From Candidatus Eiseniibacteriota bacterium (GTDB lineage Bacteria; Eisenbacteria; RBG-16-71-46; DASYSL01): a stretch of 35,915 nt of DNA. Below, piece by piece: positions 27,447-35,915 of the stretch. The notes below the pieces were generated by a model. The model saw only the letters and a program-made list of their open reading frames with translations, was not told where the DNA came from and did no database searches. The stretch covers positions 1 to 35,915 of the forward strand of contig JANPEF010000111.1 of NCBI GenBank assembly GCA_031431875.1. Reading direction: 5' to 3'. Position numbers and translations under genes: made by a program. Positions within the stretch are counted from its first letter, which is position 1. Each line of letters begins with the position of its first letter.

Positions 27447-29347
27447 TCAGCCGCCCTGGAACTGCAGCGCGTGCAGGCGGCCGTAGAGCCCGCCCCGGGC
27501 GAGCAACTCGTCGTGCCGCCCCTCGTCGACGATCCGGCCGCGCTCGAGCACGACGATCCGGTCGGCCCGCTGCACGGTTGACAGCCGGTGCGCGATGACG
27601 ACGGCGGTGCGCCCGGCACGCAAGCGCTCGAATGCCTCCTGGACGAGCGCCTCGCTCTCGCTGTCGAGCGACGACGTCGCCTCGTCGAGGATGAGGACCT
27701 GCGGATCGCGGAACACGGCGCGGGCCAGCGCGAGGCGCTGCCGCTCGCCACCCGACAGCGTGACGCCGCGCTCGCCGATCATCGTGTCGTAGCCCTGCGC
27801 CAGGCGGGCGATGAAGGGGTGCGCGTTCGCCGCCTGCGCCGCCGCCTCGACCGCGCCGCGGTCGGCATCGGCGCGCCCGTAGGCGATGTTGCGCGCGATC
27901 GTGTCGCGGAACAGGATCGTCTCCTGCGGGACCACGCCGTAGAGTTCGCGCACCGATTGCAGGGTGAGGTCGCGCAGGTCCGTCCCGTCGAGCGAGAGGC
28001 GGCCGCCCGTCGGGTCGTGGAAGCGCGCGAGGAGATCGACCAGGGTCGACTTGCCGGCGCCGCTGGGGCCGACCAGCGCGACCGTCTCGCCGCGGCGAAA
28101 GACGAGGTCGAGGTCGTGAAGCACGTCGGGCCCGTCGCCGTAGCGAAAGGTCACACCCTCGAAGCGCAGCGCGTCGCGCAACGCTCCGGCGGGCCGTGCG
28201 CCGGGGCGATCCGCGATTTCGGCCGGCGTGTCGAGCAGCTGGAACACGCGTGTCGCGGCGGCGAGTCCCTCCTGCACGATCGAGTTCACGTTCGACAGCC
28301 GCTTGAGCGGCGACATCATCGACAGCAGCGCGACGACGAAGAGGAAGAAGTTGTGGGGCTCGAGCGTCCGGGCGATGAAGATCTGGCGGCCGCCGACGTA
28401 CAGCACGAGCGCCGAGACGAGGACCATCAGCGTCTCGGTGAGCGGGGCGCCCGCCTCGGCCACGCGGCGCAGGCGCAGGTAGGAGCGGTAGAATGCGTCG
28501 TTCTCGCGCGCGAAGCGCTCGTTCTCGAACTCCTCGGCGGCGAACGACTTGACGACCCGGATGTTGGCCAGCGTCTCGTGCAGGACGCCCTGCAACTCGG
28601 CGAGGCGGCCCTGCATGGCCTCGGAGCGGCGGCGCATGCGCCGCCCGATCCAGACGATCAGGCCGACCGCGGGCGGCAGCACGAGGATCGCGATGAGCGC
28701 CAGCTTCCACGACGCCCAGAACACCCAGAACAGCGCCGCCAGCAGGACGAGCGATTCCTTGACCACGTTCGAGATCCCGGCCGCCAGCGCGCTGCGCACG
28801 TACTGCACATCGTTGACGATGCGCGAGGCGAGGATGCCGGTGCGCTCGCCGTGAAAGAACGACAGCGACAGCGTGTGAACGTGCGCGTAGAGGCGGTTGC
28901 GCAGGTCGCGCACGACGCCCTGCTCGATTGCGGTCATGAGAAACGTCTGCAGGTAGTCGAACAGGTTCTTGAGCAGGAAGGCAAACACGATGAGCAGGCA
29001 CAGGCGGCCCAGCGCCTCGAGCGGCGGCCGGTTGAACAGGAAGCCCTCGAGCGGCCCGCGCAGGAAGGCCGGCCAGCGGTCGAGATTGCCCCAACCGCCC
29101 CCGCCGACGGCACCCGGGATTCCGCCGTCGATCGCGGGCGCGTTCCCCCTGCCCGTGCCGCCGGGCAGGCTCGCGGGGGCGCCGGCGGTGACCTGCGTGT
29201 CGGCCGGGGCGAAGAGGATCTGCAGGAAAGGGGAGAACAGGCCGAGCGCGAGCCCCGAGGAGGCGGCGAACAGCGCCATGCACAGGAGTGCCGCCCCGAG
29301 GCGCGGCGCGTACGGGCGGAGGTAGGACAGCAGGCGTTGCGTCGTGC

Positions 29348-29351
<4 letters not shown>
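27447..29351 (-). CDS. msbA: MsbA-like lipid A export ABC transporter (permease + ATPase)
   Basis: TMD followed by NBD with GPSGAGKST, LSGGERQRLALARA, ILDEATSSLDSESE, IAHRLSTV; LPS gene context; GTG overlaps the maeB stop. Confidence 0.82.
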
Positions 29352-31594
<2,243 letters not shown>

Positions 31595-31609
31595 TCCGTC
31601 CTTTCGGGG

Positions 31610-31996
31610 TCAGGCCAGGGGGCGCGGTCGGGCGGGCGGTTCGAGTTCGACCTGGAGGTCGAGCCCGCCACTGAAGTCGGCGAGCGTGTCGTCGGGCTGG
31701 CGACCGAGCAGGCCGTCCGCGACGAGGTGGAAGACGATCGTCCCGAAGTCTTCGCTGCGGGTCACGCCCCACTCATGGAACACGGTCCACGCGAGCTCGC
31801 CGTAATCCTGGCGTGCCAGGTCGATGAGGCCGCGCAGGAGTTCCTGCCCGCTGACGTGGCGGCGCTGACCGACCACACGCTGCGTCGTGTGCTCGAGGCC
31901 GCGCATCACGAACTCGTAGGCTTCGCGGCGGAAGCGCGGGTCCTTCTCGCGAATGGCGTGCACTCGTTCCCAGAAGTCGAAGACGGCGGATTCCAT
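31610..31996 (-). CDS. Conserved hypothetical protein, Minf_1886 / PVC-type family
   Basis: [36 protein letters not shown]...DF pattern recalled from that family. Confidence 0.75.
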   Translation of the reverse strand: MESAVFDFWERVHAIREKDPRFRREAYEFVMRGLEHTTQRVVGQRRHVSGQELLRGLIDLARQDYGELAWTVFHEWGVTRSEDFGTIVFHLVADGLLGRQPDDTLADFSGGLDLQVELEPPARPRPLA

Positions 31997-32002
31997 GGGC
32001 GC

Positions 32003-32011
32003 AGGATAGCA
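32003..32011 (-). promoter_or_regulatory. Extended -10 (TGCTATCCT) 6 nt before the ATG: leaderless promoter
   Basis: TGn-TATCCT-gcgccc-ATG; no Shine-Dalgarno sequence in front of ATG 31996. Confidence 0.6.
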
Positions 32012-32017
32012 GCGATC

Positions 32018-33679
32018 CTATCGACTCGGCGAGGGGGCGTCGCTGCGCCGCCGCCGAAGCACCGTGTCGCGGCGTAGTGCGGCCGAGCGTCGCGGGTGAT
32101 CGAGGTTGAAGTGGAGGCCGCGGCTCTCGGGGCGCCGGCGGGCGGAGCGTACGACCAACGCCCCGACCAACGCCAGGTTGCGCACCTCGATCAGGTCGGC
32201 GTCGAGGACGTGCCGCTCGAAGTCGTGCTCGATCTCGGTGCGGATGTGGGCCAGCCCGCGGCGCGCCTTCTCCAGGCGTTCGTCGGTGCGGACGATGCCG
32301 ACGTAGTTCCACATCAGGCGGCGGACGGCATCCCAGTTGTGTGTCTTCCCCACACCCTCGCGCGGCTTGCGCGTGCCGCGCGCATCCCAGCCGCGCACGC
32401 TCGGCAGGCGTCCCCCGGCGGCGGCGCGCTGAACGCACTGCTCGGCGGCACGGCGGGCGACCACGACGGCCTCCAACAGCGAATTGCTGGCGAGGCGATT
32501 GGCGCCGTGGAGCCCGGTGCACGCCACCTCGCCGACGGCATACAGCCGGTCGAGCGCGGTGCGGCCGTCAAGATCGGCGAGCACCCCGCCGCACTGGTAG
32601 TGCGCGGCGGGGACGACCGGGATCGGCTCCTTGGCCGGATCGAAGCCGAGCTCGCGGCAGCGCGAGACGATGTTGGGAAAGCGGCGTTGCAGCCGGGCCG
32701 CGCCGATCGGGCGGCAGTCGAGCAGCACCGAGTCGTCGCCGTTCTTCTTCATCGTCGCGTCGATGGCCCGCGCCACGATGTCGCGCGGGGCTAGGTCGGC
32801 CTGCGGGTGCACGCGCTCCATGAAGCGCGTCCCGTCGAGTGCGCGCAGCACGGCGCCCTCACCGCGCACGGCCTCGGAGATGAGGAACGACTTGGCCCGC
32901 GGGTGGTACAGGCAGGTCGGGTGGAACTGGACGAACTCGAGATTCGCCACCGGAGCCCCCGCCCGCCACGCCATGGCGACGCCGTCGCCGGTCGCGATGT
33001 CGGGGTTCGACGTGTAGAGATACACCTTGCCCGAGCCACCGGTCGCGAGAACGGTGGCTCGGGCGCGGAACGGCTGGATCCGCCCGTTCGTGCGATCGAG
33101 TACGTAGGCGCCCCACACCGCGTCGCGCCGGCGCGTGCCGCCGGCCGCCCGGCCCTCCTGGCGCGAAAGCGGCGCCAGGTGCGACTCGAGGAGCAGATCG
33201 ACCGCGAGGTGGTTCTCGAGCAGCGTCACGTTCGGGTTGCGGGCGGCGGCGGCGAGCAGCGCTCGCTCGATCTCGCGTCCGGTCAGGTCGCCCGCGTGGA
33301 CGATGCGCCGCGCCGAGTGCCCGCCCTCGCGCCCCAGCTCGAAGTCGGCCCCCTCGCGGGTGAAGCGTGCGCCGAGCGCCGCCAGCTCGCGCACTGCGTC
33401 CGGCCCGCCGCGCACCACGTCGCGCACCACGTCCGGATGGCAGAGGCCCGCCCCGGCCACCATGGTGTCGCGCACGTGCAGCGCGAAGGAGTCGGTGCCC
33501 GACAGCACGGCGGCGATGCCGCCCTGCGCGTAGTTCGTGTTCGATTCGTGATCCTGCCGCTTGGTCACGATCGTCACCCGCGCGCGCTCGGCCACCGACA
33601 AGGCGAGGAACAGCCCGCCGATGCCGCTGCCCAGAACCAGCACGTCGGCGTCGCGTCCCTGCCCTGCGACCAGCGTCAC
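32018..33679 (-). CDS. nadB: L-aspartate oxidase
   Basis: GSGIGG FAD motif, SNTNYAQGGIAA, REGGHS.RRI.H, EFVQFHPT, LISEAVRGEG, PAAHYQCGG, GLHGANRLASNSLLE, ESRGLH; GTG overlaps the lpxK stop. Confidence 0.95.
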   Translation of the reverse strand: MTLVAGQGRDADVLVLGSGIGGLFLALSVAERARVTIVTKRQDHESNTNYAQGGIAAVLSGTDSFALHVRDTMVAGAGLCHPDVVRDVVRGGPDAVRELAALGARFTREGADFELGREGGHSARRIVHAGDLTGREIERALLAAAARNPNVTLLENHLAVDLLLESHLAPLSRQEGRAAGGTRRRDAVWGAYVLDRTNGRIQPFRARATVLATGGSGKVYLYTSNPDIATGDGVAMAWRAGAPVANLEFVQFHPTCLYHPRAKSFLISEAVRGEGAVLRALDGTRFMERVHPQADLAPRDIVARAIDATMKKNGDDSVLLDCRPIGAARLQRRFPNIVSRCRELGFDPAKEPIPVVPAAHYQCGGVLADLDGRTALDRLYAVGEVACTGLHGANRLASNSLLEAVVVARRAAEQCVQRAAAGGRLPSVRGWDARGTRKPREGVGKTHNWDAVRRLMWNYVGIVRTDERLEKARRGLAHIRTEIEHDFERHVLDADLIEVRNLALVGALVVRSARRRPESRGLHFNLDHPRRSAALRRDTVLRRRRSDAPSPSR

Positions 33680-34728
33680 CCCGACCTCCCTTCCGCGGCA
33701 CGATCGATCGCCCGCTCCACTGCCGTCGCGTCGCCCAGCCACGCGAATGTGACGTCAACGACGTGCGTTTCCGCGAGCGCCGCCGGCGACAGGCGCGCCG
33801 CATCCTTGCCCGAGACCACGAGCCACGCCCCCGCTCGCCTGGCGGCATGGCGCGCGGCGCCCCACTCGGCGGGCGTGAAGCGATGATGATCGCCGTAGGC
33901 CCGCTCGTCGATCACTTCGACGCCAAGTGCGCGCACGCTGTGCGCCAGGTCCCGCGGCCGCCCGAGCCCGCTGACGCACACCGCCCGCTGGCCCGCGGGC
34001 ACCACGACCGGCGCGCCCGTGCCGCCGGCGCGGAATCCGTCGGGCACCAGCCTGGCCGCGGCCAGCGGCACGCCGGGGGCAAGCACGGCGATGGCGGCGC
34101 GCGTCTGCTCCAGCCGCGCGGCATCCACGCGGTCGGCACGCGTCAGCACGATCGCGCCGGCGCGGGCCAGCGTGGCCGGTGCCTCGCGCAGGGGCCCGTA
34201 GGGCAGCAGGTGCCCATTGCCCAGCGGGCGACTCGCATCGAGCAGGACGAGGTCGAGGTCGCGATCGAGCGCGTGGTGCGAGAATCCGTCGTCGACGACG
34301 ATCGCCGTCGCTCCCGCCGCGCAGGCGGCGAGCACCGCATCGGCCTTCCGCCGGGCCACGCCGACGGGCGCCTCCGGCACGAGGCGGGCCAGCAGCGCGG
34401 CCTCGTCGCTGGCGCCGCCGTCGACGGGCCGCCCGACGCGCCCCACGACGATGCGAACGCGGAGTCCGCGCGCCAGCAGGCGCCGCGCGAGCCACGCGGT
34501 GCAGGGGGTCTTTCCCGTGCCGCCCACGGCGAGATTCCCGACACTGAACACCGGCACGGGCACGCGCACGCGTGGGCCGGCAAGTGCGCGCCGGCGCGCC
34601 GCGGCCGCCAGGCGCGCGTAGGCGCTCTCGAGCGCGAATCCCGCCCAGCCGCCGACGAACCCGTCCTCCGGATCCCGGCGGGCCGGCGGATGCGCGGTCA
34701 GCCCGAGCCCGTGCGGAATGCCGCTCAT
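33676..34728 (-). CDS. lpxK: Tetraacyldisaccharide 4'-kinase (divergent)
   Basis: PVPVFSVGNLAVGGTGKTP, DDGFSH, LLPYGPLRE, YGDHH, KDAARL. Confidence 0.88.
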   Translation of the reverse strand: MSGIPHGLGLTAHPPARRDPEDGFVGGWAGFALESAYARLAAAARRRALAGPRVRVPVPVFSVGNLAVGGTGKTPCTAWLARRLLARGLRVRIVVGRVGRPVDGGASDEAALLARLVPEAPVGVARRKADAVLAACAAGATAIVVDDGFSHHALDRDLDLVLLDASRPLGNGHLLPYGPLREAPATLARAGAIVLTRADRVDAARLEQTRAAIAVLAPGVPLAAARLVPDGFRAGGTGAPVVVPAGQRAVCVSGLGRPRDLAHSVRALGVEVIDERAYGDHHRFTPAEWGAARHAARRAGAWLVVSGKDAARLSPAALAETHVVDVTFAWLGDATAVERAIDRAAEGRSG

Positions 34729-35915
34729 CCCCAGAATCCGCGCGCTTCGAGGAAGCCGATCGTGCGGGCCGACGCGCCGCCCAGGCTCGCGATCGCCTGT
34801 CGTGCGCTACCGCGGGCGCGGGCAAGCGTCGCCGGCGTGGCCGCCCAGCGGGCGATCGCCGCGACCGTGTCGCGCGAGTCGGAGGCGACGTGTCCTGCGT
34901 CGCGGGCCACCAGCGCTCGCACCGCATCGGCGGTCGTGCCGTGGTGCGGGCCGACGACGACCGGTGTGCCGAGGGCGGCGGGCTCGGCCGCGCTGTGCCC
35001 CCCGTACGGCGCGAAGGTGCCGCCGACGATGGCGATGTCGGCGAGGGCGTAGACGTCGCGCAGCCCGCCGAGCGTCGGCGCCCAGGCGAGCGGCAGCGCC
35101 GCCTGCGGTGACGCCGGGGTGATCGCGACCGGCCACGCCGCGCCGGGTGTCCACGGCGCGGGCGTGATCCCCTCGCGCGTGAGCTCGGCGGCGAGTGCGG
35201 GTGCGCGCTCGGGATGGCGGGGAACCGCGACGAGGGCGACATCGCGCGCGTGCGCAGCGCCCCACGCTGCGAGGCCGCGGGCCAGGGCGGCGAGCGCGGG
35301 CTCCTCGCCCGGCCGCAGGTTGCCCCACGCGACGACCAGCGTGCTGGGCGCGAGGCCGGCGGCGGCGCGGGAGGCCTCGCGCTCGCCGGGGCGCGGTGCG
35401 GCGAGCGCGCCATCGAACTTCGTGTTGCCGGTCACTGCGATCGCGTCGCGCGGCACGCCGAGTTGGCGAAAGCGTGCGGCGTCGAGTTCGCCCTGGGCGG
35501 CGCAGGCAGTGACGCGCGTCAGCAGCGGCGCCAGCAGGGGCGCCAGCAGTCGGGTGCGTCCCCACGAGCGATCCGACAGGCGGGCGCTGGCGAATGCCAC
35601 GCGCACGCCACGGGCGAACGCCTCGGCCAGAGCGTTCGGCCAGATCTCGGTCTCGATCACGAGCAGGCGGCGCGGGGAGCGGCGCTCGAACGCGCGGCGG
35701 ACCGCGCCCGGGAAGTCGAGCGGCCAGGCCGCGATCGCCACGGGCGCCCCGCCGGTGGCGCGGCGCTCGAGGTGGCGCCGCCACGCGGCGAGCCCTCCGG
35801 CCGTCCCCGCCGAGACGAGGCGATCATCGGCCGGCCGGTGTGCGCCGAGCGCGTGCACCAGCGGTGCCGCCGCCGCGACCTCGCCGACCGACGCGGCATG
35901 GACCCAGGTGGCGCC
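34725..35915 (-). CDS. waaA: 3-deoxy-D-manno-octulosonic acid (Kdo) transferase, 5' end beyond the window
   Basis: Frame is open to the window edge: WVHAASVGE, ETEIWPN, TGNTKFD, VPRHPER, GGTF..GGH...EPA.LG. Confidence 0.88.
   Translation of the reverse strand, partial: GATWVHAASVGEVAAAAPLVHALGAHRPADDRLVSAGTAGGLAAWRRHLERRATGGAPVAIAAWPLDFPGAVRRAFERRSPRRLLVIETEIWPNALAEAFARGVRVAFASARLSDRSWGRTRLLAPLLAPLLTRVTACAAQGELDAARFRQLGVPRDAIAVTGNTKFDGALAAPRPGEREASRAAAGLAPSTLVVAWGNLRPGEEPALAALARGLAAWGAAHARDVALVAVPRHPERAPALAAELTREGITPAPWTPGAAWPVAITPASPQAALPLAWAPTLGGLRDVYALADIAIVGGTFAPYGGHSAAEPAALGTPVVVGPHHGTTADAVRALVARDAGHVASDSRDTVAAIARWAATPATLARARGSARQAIASLGGASARTIGFLEARGFWG

Noticed and set aside
32018..33679. 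Succinate dehydrogenase/fumarate reductase flavoprotein call
   Set aside because: YAQGGIAA lacks the covalent-FAD His context, ANRLASNSLLE fits NadB, and no Fe-S or anchor subunit genes are adjacent.

Overview
Very GC-rich (roughly 70%+, estimated by eye), gene-dense chromosomal segment of a diderm bacterium. A T9SS-tail-like C-terminal domain, archaeal-type ProRS and an exbB-exbD-exbD-tonB/PstS-like/TPR cluster suggest an FCB-affiliated lineage; this is inference. Contents left to right: the 5' end of uvrA (not in the ORF track), an APC amino-acid permease, a Yip1-TolC-MFP-ABC-permease-permease (MacAB/YknWXYZ-like) exporter, a PstS-like lipoprotein-TPR-STAS-ExbB-ExbD-ExbD-TonB-TonB operon, asnS, an oppositely oriented two-gene module (membrane TPR/Cys-cluster protein plus DUF4388 protein with a pseudopilin-like tail), gmhB-waaF-proS, a secreted Glu-type subtilase, and an LPS/lipid A cluster (GT9, msbA, lpxK, waaA) interleaved with maeB, a Minf_1886-like gene and nadB. 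No rRNA, tRNA, CRISPR array or mobile element was recognised. Best leads: (1) the TPR/DUF4388-pseudopilin module behind a sigma28-type promoter that faces the asnS promoter; (2) a perfect 14-bp inverted repeat holding both stop codons of convergent genes, which makes both proteins end LELSA-x-x-R; (3) the receptor-less ExbB/ExbD2/TonB2 motor operon with an embedded STAS anti-anti-sigma gene. All family calls come from motif recognition, not database searches.
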